64,000 nucleotides of DNA. It comes from Nitrosopumilus sp. GTDB lineage: Archaea > Thermoproteota > Nitrososphaeria > Nitrososphaerales > Nitrosopumilaceae. Position 1 is the first letter of the stretch; each line of letters begins with the position of its first letter. Made by a program: the position numbers and the translations under genes. Positions 32,055 to 43,153 of the stretch are shown piece by piece. The notes below the pieces were generated by a model, which had not been told where the DNA came from, searched no databases, and saw only the letters and a program-made list of their open reading frames with translations. Where the stretch lies: NCBI GenBank assembly GCA_965207445.1, contig CBDBLX010000002.1, positions 2,103,849-2,167,848 of the forward strand, written 5' to 3'.

Positions 32055-32128
32055 TAGGTTGCGTGGCTCATCACATGGCCACGACCCGGAATAGTATAAA
32101 TTTATGAATTAGGCAACACGCCAACCCC
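32055..32128. repeat. 74-bp direct repeat flanking the TPR gene (right copy)
   Basis: Matches 30407-30480. Confidence 0.93.
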
Positions 32129-32162
32129 AAGCAATAAATCAAATATAGCATATCATCGTATA

Positions 32163-35100
32163 ATGGTGTTCCAATGTCCCGATTGTAGCGCCAACATGCG
32201 CATAAAAGAAACGAGTAAAGGCAAGATGCACATATCGTGTACCAGATGTAATCTAGAAGATACATGCGAATACAACGTAAATCCTGATGAAGTGTTTTTA
32301 GAATTTTTGTGCAAATATGACGAGGATAATAAGAAAGTGACAACATATACAACAAATATCGAAATTATGGATAAAGTAAGTGACAATAATGAGTATGACA
32401 GTCATAAAAACAATCACAAAAATGATGTGAAATTAGATAACAATCTAACATCTACAACCAGTTCAACTACTAAAACAGTAGTAGCAACAGCAACAACACA
32501 AACAGAATCTACAAACAAGAACAATACCAACAGTGACAATAGCATTAGCAATATAGTAAGAGATGAGAATAGTGTCAGATCCGAATCTGAGATAGATAAA
32601 ATGATAGGAGATGAGAAACCAGATAAATTAACACGCAGTGTACTGTACTCAAAAACTGATTATCTTGCAGACTATCGAGTTATTAGAGAAATAGAACCAA
32701 AATACGGTCCAAATACAGACAAGCTGAAACTTGACAAACGACTTGTCAAAGAGCTGAAAAAAAATGGCATAAACAGATTGTACAAATTCCAACATATAGC
32801 AATCAAAAACATAATTGCAGGAAATGATACAATTATAGAAGCACCTACTGCATCAGGAAAAACAGAAGCATTTCTCGTACCAATAATTCAGCGTATCATA
32901 GACTCAGAAAATGCACGTGGAGATAATCAGGACATGTACACAAAATACGATGATGATAATGATAATCAGTATAATGAGAATGACAAAGGTAATGGGGATA
33001 AAAACACCAAAAATAAAAGTATCAACAAGAGACAACATGTTCATGCCATATTCGTATACCCAACAAAGGCACTTGCAAAAGATCAATTACCAAAAATTCA
33101 AAATATGGCAAAAGCAGTGAATCTAAGTGCAGACGTGTTGGATGGGGATACAGATAGACAGACACGAAACAAGATACTAAACAACCCACCACACATCCTA
33201 GTAACAAACTTTGATCTATTGCATCATCAAATGTGGCGGCAGACAAACCTAAGTAAAATTTTGAGAACATTTAGATTTCTAGTAGTAGATGAGGTACATA
33301 CATACACAGGAATATTTGGCAGTAATGTGCACTATGTAATAAAGAGGCTAGCAAGAATTGCGGGCTCAAATAATTTTGAAAAAAATGTACAATACATAGC
33401 AGCATCTGCCACGTTGGTGAATGCAGAAAATTTTTGTACAAAATTATTTGACATAAACAAAATTACACATGTACGTGGCTCAGGTCCAAGTAGACATATA
33501 GAATTTGCAATGGTGTTTCCCATACTTCGAAGACCACGAAGATTAATGGTAGATTTGACAAAAAAGTTTGCAACATCAGGACATCAAACCATGACATTTA
33601 GCAACTCACATAGAGGATCTGAACTAGTTGCAATATATTCTCAGAGAGCAGGCGTGAACATTAACGTCCACAGAGCAGGATTGACTCCAAAACAGAGAAG
33701 TGCAACTGAAAAGAAATTCAAAGATGGAAAGTTGCAAGCCATCTCATGCACACCAACATTAGAACTTGGAATTGATGTTGGTAGAACGGACTGTGTCGTA
33801 TCTGCACCTACGCCAATAAATAGACTAATTCAGAGAATTGGGAGAGCTGCTAGAAGCGGAAAAAGACACGGTTATGCATTTTTGGTACTAGGTGATGATC
33901 CAATATCACAATATTACAAAAATCATGCTACAGATTACTTTGAGGACACTGAACAACTATACATTGATCCCCACAACCCATACGTTGAAGAGTGTCAAAT
34001 ACTAGCAATGGCACATGATGCTCCAATCAAATGCGATGAAATGATACAACAACATGCAGATACAATAAAACAACTCATTATGCGAGGAGAACTAAAAAAG
34101 AGATATGACAAGACAATAGTTCCCAATATACACACATCAAACAGTCAGACACTTGTTAACTATAACATTAGAGGGATGGGAGAATCAATTGACATTGTGT
34201 ATAATGGAACAAAGGTAGGGGATAGAGTATGCCCCATTGCACTTGAAGAGTTACACAAAGGAGCAGTGTACTTTCTTGCAGGAAGATCATATATTGTGAC
34301 TAGTTTTGATTATCCCAACAGACAGCATGCCATAATAGAACCACTTTCAAATAATCATCCATATTATACAAAAGCACTCACTACAGAGTATCCGTCAATA
34401 GAAGAAATCATAGAAAAGAGAATGGTTAATGGGATAGAAACTGCGTTTTGTAAACTTCGAATAGAAAAAAACGTGTCAAAATATGCAAAGATAAAGTGGG
34501 GAGACTCATACAGTGGGATGCAAAAGTATGATGAAAACGTCACAACAGATAGTCTAGCAGATGATGATGATGATGATGATATATCATCATCAAATATAGT
34601 AAAATTAGATGAGCCTTTACTATACACATATGTAACAAAAGGTATTGTATTTTGTGCACCTCGGCCTGTCGATGAGATCCAAAAAGCAAAAACAAAGATG
34701 AACAATCAAAGTCAGTATCAAGAAAAAACAGTAACAGCAACAACAACAATACAAAGTCCAGAATTGACACAAAAGGATCAATTCATCAATAAACTTGATG
34801 AAGATTACATAACAACAAGTGGTTATCATGCAACAGAGCACGTAGTAATAGAGGGAAGTAATATGATAACAGGAGGCGCATCACAAAATCTAGGAGGTAT
34901 ATCAATGGGCACATCTGGAATAATATTTGTACATGATGGAGTAATTGGAGGTAGTGGAGCTAGTAGAGCGCTATACGACAGACTAGAATTAGCATTTAAG
35001 AGAAGCATGCATATAGTAGACGAGTGTCCATGTAAAGCAGAATCAGGTTGCCCGAGATGCATCATGTCATATAGATGCGGTAACAACAATGAATACTTAC

Positions 35101-35198
35101 ACAAAATGTCATCACTAGAAGTGTTAAAAAGAATAAACAATGGTGAGCGCACATCACTAGCATTAGATTCACTAGAGTACCAAAAGCCAATAGTCTGA
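32163..35198 (+). CDS. DEAD/DEAH SF2 helicase with C-terminal DUF1998 Zn-binding domain (MrfA/Hrq1-like) and N-terminal Zn knuckle
   Basis: APTASGKT, YPTKALAKDQ, DEVH, SAT, LELGIDVG, QRIGRAAR, CPC...GCPRC...CGNNN. Confidence 0.92.
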   Translation: MVFQCPDCSANMRIKETSKGKMHISCTRCNLEDTCEYNVNPDEVFLEFLCKYDEDNKKVTTYTTNIEIMDKVSDNNEYDSHKNNHKNDVKLDNNLTSTTSSTTKTVVATATTQTESTNKNNTNSDNSISNIVRDENSVRSESEIDKMIGDEKPDKLTRSVLYSKTDYLADYRVIREIEPKYGPNTDKLKLDKRLVKELKKNGINRLYKFQHIAIKNIIAGNDTIIEAPTASGKTEAFLVPIIQRIIDSENARGDNQDMYTKYDDDNDNQYNENDKGNGDKNTKNKSINKRQHVHAIFVYPTKALAKDQLPKIQNMAKAVNLSADVLDGDTDRQTRNKILNNPPHILVTNFDLLHHQMWRQTNLSKILRTFRFLVVDEVHTYTGIFGSNVHYVIKRLARIAGSNNFEKNVQYIAASATLVNAENFCTKLFDINKITHVRGSGPSRHIEFAMVFPILRRPRRLMVDLTKKFATSGHQTMTFSNSHRGSELVAIYSQRAGVNINVHRAGLTPKQRSATEKKFKDGKLQAISCTPTLELGIDVGRTDCVVSAPTPINRLIQRIGRAARSGKRHGYAFLVLGDDPISQYYKNHATDYFEDTEQLYIDPHNPYVEECQILAMAHDAPIKCDEMIQQHADTIKQLIMRGELKKRYDKTIVPNIHTSNSQTLVNYNIRGMGESIDIVYNGTKVGDRVCPIALEELHKGAVYFLAGRSYIVTSFDYPNRQHAIIEPLSNNHPYYTKALTTEYPSIEEIIEKRMVNGIETAFCKLRIEKNVSKYAKIKWGDSYSGMQKYDENVTTDSLADDDDDDDISSSNIVKLDEPLLYTYVTKGIVFCAPRPVDEIQKAKTKMNNQSQYQEKTVTATTTIQSPELTQKDQFINKLDEDYITTSGYHATEHVVIEGSNMITGGASQNLGGISMGTSGIIFVHDGVIGGSGASRALYDRLELAFKRSMHIVDECPCKAESGCPRCIMSYRCGNNNEYLHKMSSLEVLKRINNGERTSLALDSLEYQKPIV

Positions 35199-35725
35199 AT
35201 CTTATATTTGTCCTACGTACACTCAAAACGGTATTCTAGAAAGACAAATATCAAAAGCCAATAGTCTGAACCGTGTATTTGCCAACGAATAGTATAGTTA
35301 AAAATATCACATAAACAATTACCAACTCAACTATCATCATATTTCCAGTATATCAAAATATGTGAGATTTGTATTTGGTTTACAACCACAAGATCAAATC
35401 AAGCTCCTAAACTTTCCTTGTAAAATAATCATTCGAGAACTACCAGATAAAGAGAGTGCTCAACTACAGTGTGACGCTGTATGGCGCACAGATCATACAC
35501 CTTGCCAATGATACAAGTAACTTTGATTAGAGTAACTTATAACAGAACATCTATAGTCCATGTAGATATCAAATCAAGTGACTTGTAGCACATCACATCT
35601 GATACACTATACCACGTGTATCATAATATATGATTAAAATTGATCATAAAATTGTAAATTAAACACATAATTCCCAAAACATCGCACACAGAGGATTTAT
35701 AGTGCAATTACAGAGTAAATAGTAA

Positions 35726-36343
35726 GTGTACTCTAAAACAGATATCACATATGCGCTAAAACATTTACGCAAAGACCCAATTCTTGCAAAAATAATAGAC
35801 AACACGTCTATAGAATTTGAGATAAAGGTTACTCGTAACAAATACCGTGCGCTAACAAAGGCCATAATTACACAACAGTTATCATCTCATTCTGCAAACG
35901 CAATATCAGAAAGGTTCAAGTCACTATACAACACACCATATCCAAAACCCATAGATGTTGTTGCAACATCCAATTCTAAACTAAAAAGAACAGGACTCTC
36001 AGATAGAAAAATAGAGTGCATAAAAGAAGTATCAAAAAGAATCAAAGACGGGCGGTTAAAACTTGATCATACCAGTAAAATGCCAGATGATATAGTAATT
36101 GACATGCTAACAGAAATTAAAGGCATAGGTAGGTGGACTGCAGAGATATTTCTAATCTTTGGACTTGGGAGAAAAGATGTCTTGCCAGTAGGCGATCTAG
36201 GTTTGAGAAAAGGAATCAAATTATTTTACAATTTATCAGATATGCCATCAACAGAGATAGTTGAGACAATAGCAGAGAGATGGCGACCATATAGAACCAT
36301 AGCAACATGGTACATTTGGAAAGCACAACAAAAATCAAACTAG
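35726..36343 (+). CDS. alkA: DNA-3-methyladenine glycosylase (AlkA, HhH-GPD)
   Basis: AIITQQLS, IKGIGRWTAE, PVGDLG, WRPYRT. Confidence 0.9.
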   Translation: MYSKTDITYALKHLRKDPILAKIIDNTSIEFEIKVTRNKYRALTKAIITQQLSSHSANAISERFKSLYNTPYPKPIDVVATSNSKLKRTGLSDRKIECIKEVSKRIKDGRLKLDHTSKMPDDIVIDMLTEIKGIGRWTAEIFLIFGLGRKDVLPVGDLGLRKGIKLFYNLSDMPSTEIVETIAERWRPYRTIATWYIWKAQQKSN

Positions 36344-36449
36344 ATGTAAATCGTGAGTTTATTGTGGCACCACTATTATACACAGAGTTATCCTCATCAG
36401 GGGCAACAACGCATATGATAAATATGTGCATAGTATAGACAATACAGAT

Positions 36450-37286
36450 ATGAGTAAAAAAGTTGCACTTGTCACAGGTGCGTCATCAGGAATCGGTACA
36501 GAAACAGTACTAGCATTAGCAAAAAACAACTATCATACATTTGCAGGAATTAGGAGTGATAGCGCACCTACACTAGAAGAAAGAGCATCAAATGAAAAAT
36601 TAAGTGTTGATATAATATCCAACTTTGATGTAAACTATGAAAAATCCATAACAGATGCAGTCTCAAAAGTTCTATCATATAATGGAAGAATAGATGTTCT
36701 TGTCAACAATGCAGGATATGGCCAATTCGGATGCACAGAAGATGTACCTATATCAAAATTTAGAGAGCAGTTTGAGACTAACTTTTTTAGTATTGTCCAA
36801 TTAATACAAAAAGTTGCACCGATCATGCGTAAACAAAACTCAGGGAATATCATAAACATCAGCTCAATAGTAGGAAGGATGGGTTTGCCAGGCTCGCCGG
36901 CATATATTAGCTCCAAGTTTGCACTCGAAGGCCTTGTAGAATGTCTCAGGTATGAACTCGGGCAATTTGGAATTAGGACCACATTGATTGAACCAGGCGT
37001 AGTTAAAACAAAATTTTTTGATTCTATGAGAGTACCAGAATCATGTGTGGATCCAAAATACAAGACATTGACAGATCATATTTTATCTGGAATTAGTATG
37101 ATGGTGCAGATGGGAACACCACCATCACAGGTGGCAGAGACCATAATGATAGCAATCAAAGATGGAGAAAATATGTTGCCAAGATACACAGTAGGTGCAG
37201 ATGCAGAGATGTTCACAAAAGCAAAAGTATCAAAGACAGACATAGAATTTGAACAATATATGAAAGAAGAGTTGTTTCCAAAATGA
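36450..37286 (+). CDS. Short-chain dehydrogenase/reductase
   Basis: TGASSGIG, NNAGYG, YISSK. Confidence 0.92.
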   Translation: MSKKVALVTGASSGIGTETVLALAKNNYHTFAGIRSDSAPTLEERASNEKLSVDIISNFDVNYEKSITDAVSKVLSYNGRIDVLVNNAGYGQFGCTEDVPISKFREQFETNFFSIVQLIQKVAPIMRKQNSGNIINISSIVGRMGLPGSPAYISSKFALEGLVECLRYELGQFGIRTTLIEPGVVKTKFFDSMRVPESCVDPKYKTLTDHILSGISMMVQMGTPPSQVAETIMIAIKDGENMLPRYTVGADAEMFTKAKVSKTDIEFEQYMKEELFPK

Positions 37287-37465
37287 AATAAAATAAAATA
37301 AAATAATAAAACGATAAAGCAAAGTAAAACACACATGTGATAAAAGTTGGATTATAATTTTTAGGAAAAAAGCGTCACAAAACTAAAGGTAAAAGTCAGT
37401 TTTTATTAGAAAAAAGGTGATCACGTACCTATAGATTATTAACCAGACGAGGCACATGACACATT

Positions 37466-38218
37466 ATGAAAATAGTTCAAATTTCAGATCTACATGTTGG
37501 ATCACAATTTATTTCAGAAAAATTTGATCTGTTACTATCAGAAGTAAATGAGATAAATCCAGACGTCATTGTAATTACAGGTGATCTTACAAACGAGGGG
37601 CTAGTCAAAGAATATCAAAAAGCAAAATTACTGATAACAAAATTCAACGCCAAAAAGATAATTACAATAAGCGGAAATCACGATTATCGTAATACAGGTT
37701 ATCTGTTGTTCAAAAAGTACTTTCCACTTCAGACAATAAATGAACTAGGAGACAATGTTGTATTAATAACAGTAGGAACAGCAAGACCTGATCGAAATGA
37801 TGGTGAAGTCGGATATAGACAAAATTTGTGGATCAGTAGGACATTACAAAAGTACCAAGATCGAGTCAAGATCGTTGCAATGCATCATCATCTTATCGCA
37901 ATACCTGACACAGGCTCAGATCAGCTTACAGTAGTTGATGCAGGTGATGTATTACGAACAATTCTTGAGACAAATGTCGACATTGTGTTGTGCGGACACA
38001 AACATAGGCCTTGGATATGGGAATTTGACGGACTAACAGTAGTCAATGCAGGAACAGCCACATCAGAGCGCGTACGAGGTTTGTTTGAAAATACGTACAA
38101 TATAGTGACTGTTGATGATGTAACAAAACACACAAGTATTGATTTGAAGATAGTAGGGGGTAAAAAAGTACCAATTAATGAGATTGTAAAAAACTATGAT
38201 CAATATCATGAAGAATGA
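37466..38218 (+). CDS. Metallophosphoesterase (Icc/CpdA-like)
   Basis: SDLH, TGDL, GNHD, CGHKH. Confidence 0.92.
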   Translation: MKIVQISDLHVGSQFISEKFDLLLSEVNEINPDVIVITGDLTNEGLVKEYQKAKLLITKFNAKKIITISGNHDYRNTGYLLFKKYFPLQTINELGDNVVLITVGTARPDRNDGEVGYRQNLWISRTLQKYQDRVKIVAMHHHLIAIPDTGSDQLTVVDAGDVLRTILETNVDIVLCGHKHRPWIWEFDGLTVVNAGTATSERVRGLFENTYNIVTVDDVTKHTSIDLKIVGGKKVPINEIVKNYDQYHEE

Positions 38219-38283
38219 ACCAGTGTGGATGGGTTTGCCACACATGAATCAATTTAATTGTGTGCCATCTCAATTACATGCGT

Positions 38284-38370
38284 GCGGAGATCGCCTAGCA
38301 TGGTAGGGCGTGGGATTGCTAATCCCATGTTCGAAAGAACACGGGGGTTCAAATCCCCCTCTCCGCGCCA
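38284..38370 (+). tRNA. tRNA-Ser(GCT), long variable arm, encoded CCA
   Basis: Acceptor GCGGAGA/TCTCCGC, anticodon arm TGGGA-TTGCTAA-TCCCA, GGTTCAAATCC. Confidence 0.97.
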
Positions 38371-38516
38371 TCAACAATTAACAAACACAACAATAGTCCA
38401 CAATGTGCCCAATTTTAATGGTCTTATTTCTAATTATACAGTGCAACACATTTACCATGGCAAGTAACAACCAAACCACTGAAAACTTAATAATTGTAGT
38501 AAATTCCTCTAAACAT

Positions 38517-38678
38517 ATGGGACGCAGAAAAACACAAAAGATCATTCGATCAGGTCCAAAAAACGCCACAGTAGGACTGTGTCCAATCTGCAACACTATA
38601 GGAAAAGTCTTTCTTATTGGGCCTCCTGGTGAAGAAAAGTGCAAGTGTGAGAAATGTAGAGGAGAATTTGATCTTTGA
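38517..38678 (+). CDS. Small basic Zn-ribbon protein (53 aa)
   Basis: MGRRKTQK...CPICN...CEKCRGEFDL. Confidence 0.7.
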   Translation: MGRRKTQKIIRSGPKNATVGLCPICNTIGKVFLIGPPGEEKCKCEKCRGEFDL

Positions 38679-39020
38679 TGTGATTGTGTTGCTTGTTTAT
38701 TCAACTGACAATCATCACTCCACGTTCTTATTTTCAAATATGACACAAATCCATTTTTATCATATTCAACATACAACCATGCCATAACTATTTTGCATTG
38801 ACTGTATGGTATCAATCATCAAAAATCAACAATAAAGACGCTTGAAAATCAAGTTAAATTGCATGCTCAAAAATGTAAATTTTTTGTAAAGCTCCAGATT
38901 GCTATCGTGTGTCAATACATATCCAAATTATAATAGAGATGCAATATCCAAATTATAATAGAACTGATATCAAAATAATAACCCACGGATAACTTTTTTT
39001 AGCACCACATCTGACGTTTA

Positions 39021-39194
39021 ATGATGAGCTCAGAATCTGAAACTATCTATGATCGTGTCTCTAAGCTTGAAGACGATGTTGCAGTACTGCAAAGTGAAGT
39101 TGATCTACTCAAAAAAGCATTGCGGAATACCATAGCACGTTATGAAATCTCCAAGATTAAAAAAGGCGACGATGTCAAAAGTATTATTGACTAG
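39021..39194 (+). CDS. Small coiled-coil protein, 57 aa (absent from the ORF track)
   Basis: MMSSESETIYDRVSKLEDDVAVLQSEVDLLKKALRNTIARYEISKIKKGDDVKSIID; clear heptads. Confidence 0.7.
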   Translation: MMSSESETIYDRVSKLEDDVAVLQSEVDLLKKALRNTIARYEISKIKKGDDVKSIID

Positions 39195-39341
39195 TGACGT
39201 TACTGTTGAGGTTGTAATCAGTAAATGATCGCAATGTCATTTTTATGTGTACATCATCAGTTACATACTATATGATATTATAACATACTTTTTAAAAATA
39301 AATTATATCATCGAGTTCAATTCACACATTATACAACAAAA

Positions 39342-40538
39342 CTAGGTTATTCTTTCAAGATAGCGTAATGGATCTCTTAACTCGATTGTGGTAGGCGGAT
39401 CATTTATCATTATGGAAAAAGCATCTTTGCCGCGTTTATCAAATATTGTCTTTACAAAGTCGCGTCCCATATTTTTTCGAATTTTGTATGTGCTAAAATC
39501 AGTACCCATAAAAGTACTCAGATATTTTGCAAAGTCTTCATCATCTTTTAAAATCTCATTTACAACTAGTGCTGCCATTCCTTCCATGATTACAAATGCA
39601 GAGTGATGTTGCTGTATCGGTTTGAGCCATTCTGTGTATATGTCCAAAAGTGATGGTACACATTGTTTTATTGTAGGATCTATCTCGACATGAGTATAAG
39701 TCATAACATCAGGTCCCACCATCTCCACTAGAAAGTGATCCGGATTCAAAAAAAAGAACAAATTGGCTCTCTTTGCAAATGGGAAATCATCTGGAACGGC
39801 CTGCAGTTGACAGTGTTCTACAAGTTTGTTTACAGTTTGCGTATCTAGACTCATTATTGTCTTTGCCAATTTTTCATTGGTTTTGTTGACATGTATTGCA
39901 GCTTTTTTATTTATTAGGTGAAGGTTTCGCTGTGCAGAATGAACAATTTCTTCTAACACCGTCATTTTTATCGCTCCAATATATCCAGCATTTACCTCGT
40001 TAAATCTCGTTTCATATGGCTCGCCTTGTCGATACAAGATTATCTGCGGGTATCGAGATAATACGAATTTGTTAAGATATATCACAGAGTCAAGGTAATC
40101 CCCATAAGTAGTAGTTATTTTTGATATGTATTGGATTGCGTATGTAGAATATACCAAGTATTTTGCAGTGTCAGATTCCATCATATTTGCAATCGCTGTT
40201 TGGTCTTCGGCTGCAACAGCGGCAAATAGATTCGAGACGAATTGTTGTGCCTCATCACTGCCAGCAAATACTTTGGAAGCTTTGAGTTTTTTTAGACCGT
40301 CAAGCTCAAGATACTCAAGTCGTAATCCCGCATCACACTCAACTCCTAAAAAATCCTGTACTTTGTTCACATATATGGGAAATATCTCACTTGCAACATC
40401 ATCGAGTTTTCTGAACTGGACTCTTCCTGATATACTCTCCATTGCTTTGGTACCAAGATTAAGAATTTCAGATTCTTCATTGATCTCAACTGATAGTTGT
40501 CCCATGAGTGCTTCTGCAAATTCTTCAGACTCTTTCAT
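39342..40538 (-). CDS. Conserved hypothetical protein, zincin-like (EExxH...EG)
   Basis: Long ORF; LEEIVHSAQ and IMEGMA. Confidence 0.75.
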   Translation of the reverse strand: MKESEEFAEALMGQLSVEINEESEILNLGTKAMESISGRVQFRKLDDVASEIFPIYVNKVQDFLGVECDAGLRLEYLELDGLKKLKASKVFAGSDEAQQFVSNLFAAVAAEDQTAIANMMESDTAKYLVYSTYAIQYISKITTTYGDYLDSVIYLNKFVLSRYPQIILYRQGEPYETRFNEVNAGYIGAIKMTVLEEIVHSAQRNLHLINKKAAIHVNKTNEKLAKTIMSLDTQTVNKLVEHCQLQAVPDDFPFAKRANLFFFLNPDHFLVEMVGPDVMTYTHVEIDPTIKQCVPSLLDIYTEWLKPIQQHHSAFVIMEGMAALVVNEILKDDEDFAKYLSTFMGTDFSTYKIRKNMGRDFVKTIFDKRGKDAFSIMINDPPTTIELRDPLRYLERIT

Positions 40539-40635
40539 TGTATTGACAACGTACACCTACAATTTAACACTAACCTGACTGAATCAAGACATTCACAACA
40601 ACAGTGAAATACAAAGAATACTAACAAATAACTAA

Positions 40636-40950
40636 ATGGTATCAGTAATTGTAATCCCAATTATTGTGGTGATGGTTGTAGGTCTAGTAGGATATCTAGT
40701 ATACAAATATTTCATATTGGACATGTCATCAAGACGTGCAGTACAAAAGACATTACAAAAGTACAACATTAACAAGACACCGTCTCAAATAGTACGAGAA
40801 TACTATATGGTAAAGGGAAAAGCACTTTCAGATAGAGAGATTCGTGGAATAGAGAGAGATTGCATGCGAAATGAGCCAGATCAATTCCTTGCAATGTATG
40901 ATGTGATACGAGACAAAACAAAGGGAAACAATACTAACGTAGATGTATAG
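40636..40950 (+). CDS. Hypothetical protein with an N-terminal TM anchor
   Basis: Hydrophobic N-terminus, host-like codon usage. Confidence 0.75.
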   Translation: MVSVIVIPIIVVMVVGLVGYLVYKYFILDMSSRRAVQKTLQKYNINKTPSQIVREYYMVKGKALSDREIRGIERDCMRNEPDQFLAMYDVIRDKTKGNNTNVDV

Positions 40951-41065
40951 CGACTCATCAGGATAGTATACAAATAGTGTTTAGATAAATTATATTCCAC
41001 ATACAGCAAGTATAAAAAAATCAGTCAGGAATAATAGTGTATTTAGTATGTGGATAAAACAAATA

Positions 41066-41212
41066 GTGTGAGCCAAGCTCTTTGGGCACAATAATAATTA
41101 CATACGAGTATTTTGTCACATCACCGTCTACATGACGAGTATCGTGCATGCGATGCATTTGGCTAGGAGTTATTTTTGAATGATCATACCAGTCATGGAT
41201 CTTGGTTCACAC
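41066..41212. mobile_element. MITE family 2 (about 147 bp, TIR GTGTGAACCAAGCTCT)
   Basis: Reverse complement of 50825-50967; TIRs at both ends. Confidence 0.85.
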
Positions 41213-41331
41213 AATAAATACAATCGGTCAAACACAATTGATCAAATACAATTGATCAAATGTATATATTCAAAATATACAAAATTAAAATTGAAAAAAA
41301 TAAATTGTTGAGGGGTGTTTATATCTTCTAG

Positions 41332-42195
41332 TTACGGGTTTACTGGAATTTGTATGAACGGTGTTCCACCTTCACCAACTACAAGTGGTAGTTTGCCATC
41401 CCATGCTTGAGTCTTTAACCACTCAAGATATTGAGGATTCTCTGCAAGGGCTTTATTGATAATTGCAATTGCTTCAGATTCTCCTTTTGCCTCTGCAATA
41501 TTGGCATTTGCAACACCTACTGCGTTTGCTTCTCTCTGTTTCGCTTCAACTTCGATTCTACGAAGATCGTTTTCTGCTTTTAGTGCCTTTTGTTCTGCCT
41601 CTACTTTTGCCTCGATTGCTTGTGCAAACAACGGTGAAAATTCAAAGTCAGTTATAGATATAACCTCTGTTACCACCTGAAACTGAGCAAGTCTGTCCCT
41701 GATTGAGACTTCAATGTCCTGTTTTACAAGTGGTCGTTTTGTAATTAGTTCTTCTGCATTATAATTTGCAGTGACTTGTTTTACAGTCTCTTCTATGGCA
41801 GGTTGTATGATTCTGTTTTCATAATCCAAGCCCAAGTCTTGATATAGTCTATGAATATTTTCTTTGTCTGGGTGATAGTTTACAGTAACAGTTGTTTCCA
41901 CTGTCTGAAGATCCTTTGATGCACTACGGGTCTCTCTTTCATACTTTAGCGTTCGTACTTCAATATTTATGACATCATCTTGAAAAGGAACTACAAAGTG
42001 CAACCCTTCATCAAGAGGAGGACTTGAAACATCCACTGCATTCCAGTGAAGTAATACGCCTCTATGTCCTGCATCCACTATCTTTACAGATGCATAGGCA
42101 ACCACGCCAACTACAATAAGAACGATAATTGCAATTGCAACAGCTTTGGCAGCACCCGCATTCACATTTGTGCGCGGTGACTGGTATCTAGACAT
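41332..42195 (-). CDS. Prohibitin/SPFH (band 7) protein
   Basis: GHRGV, EGLHFVVPF, SKDLQTV, AIEAKVEAEQ, WDGKLP. Confidence 0.93.
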   Translation of the reverse strand: MSRYQSPRTNVNAGAAKAVAIAIIVLIVVGVVAYASVKIVDAGHRGVLLHWNAVDVSSPPLDEGLHFVVPFQDDVINIEVRTLKYERETRSASKDLQTVETTVTVNYHPDKENIHRLYQDLGLDYENRIIQPAIEETVKQVTANYNAEELITKRPLVKQDIEVSIRDRLAQFQVVTEVISITDFEFSPLFAQAIEAKVEAEQKALKAENDLRRIEVEAKQREANAVGVANANIAEAKGESEAIAIINKALAENPQYLEWLKTQAWDGKLPLVVGEGGTPFIQIPVNP

Positions 42196-42323
42196 GTATC
42201 TAGTATATTTTACCCCTTTATTACTTTAGGCTATTTTTCACAAAACAGCATATCCAATTACAGTTGAATTCTACAAGTGTTAGTGGTGCCAACAAATTTA
42301 ACCCACAATACCATAAATAATGC

Positions 42324-42821
42324 ATGGTGGTAGGCGAGTACTGGTGGTTGATATATCTAGTATTCCTAGCAATTCCTATTAGTAGAATACTGCCAAGAAT
42401 TATCTCAAGGAATAAACAGTCTAATCGTTATTCTGACAATAATCCATATGAAAATAATAATAATAAGAACACTTACGATACCATACCCATTACAAAGTCA
42501 GATAATATAGTATCAAATGATGATATGAACAAAGAACAAAAGCATAAACAATCTAAGCCTACACGCACACATAGCTCAAATGAACCCAACGCAGATACAG
42601 TTAGTGGTCAGACAGATGAGATGGTAGTGTTAGGCATAATACACAGAGGAGTCAAGACTTTTGATAGAATACAAAAAAAGACAGGTTTTGAGGATAAACG
42701 ATTAAACATTGCACTGGAGAATTTAGAGGATAAAAGGCTAATACATATTATAGAGAAAAAAGGGCTTTTGGGTGTAAAAGTTGAGATACATCCAACAGAC
42801 AAAGGATTCCAAAAATATTAG
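42324..42821 (+). CDS. Membrane-anchored winged-helix hypothetical protein; stop codon created by the IS insertion
   Basis: N-terminal TM; the final G of TAG is the first base of the IS1595 TIR. Confidence 0.75.
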   Translation: MVVGEYWWLIYLVFLAIPISRILPRIISRNKQSNRYSDNNPYENNNNKNTYDTIPITKSDNIVSNDDMNKEQKHKQSKPTRTHSSNEPNADTVSGQTDEMVVLGIIHRGVKTFDRIQKKTGFEDKRLNIALENLEDKRLIHIIEKKGLLGVKVEIHPTDKGFQKY

Positions 42822-43153
42822 GTAATACGTAACTATTTGGACCTTGAAAGAGCACATATTGATAAATAATTTCACGCCTAGGTAGTGCCTAGTAATTTCA
42901 TTAAAGATCCGATAGTTTTTACAGGCGATTTCGGCTAGGCAGGCGGGTACGGAGTGGAAAAATAGACGTAATTGGCACTATGTGTAGCAGATACCGTGTG
43001 GTAGCCAGAAGAGAGATGATGAATTGGGTGTGTATGTCAGTGGCAGGTATTGGTAATTTTTGATCAATTGGTTGAATTAATTTGACCTCGAGTGTCAAAA
43101 GGCGATGTGGCCATTAGTGTTTGATGAAAAACGAAAAAATGGTACATCGACTA

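Noticed and set aside
29406..35198. DISARM-like system (MTase + DUF1998 helicase)
   Set aside because: The genes are divergent, the helicase is a single MrfA/Hrq1-type fusion, and no drmA/C/D/E is present
38284..38400. Integrated element at tRNA-Ser or tRNA-Met
   Set aside because: No duplicated tRNA 3' end and no integrase seen; the IS1595 element near tRNA-Met is explained by its own TSD
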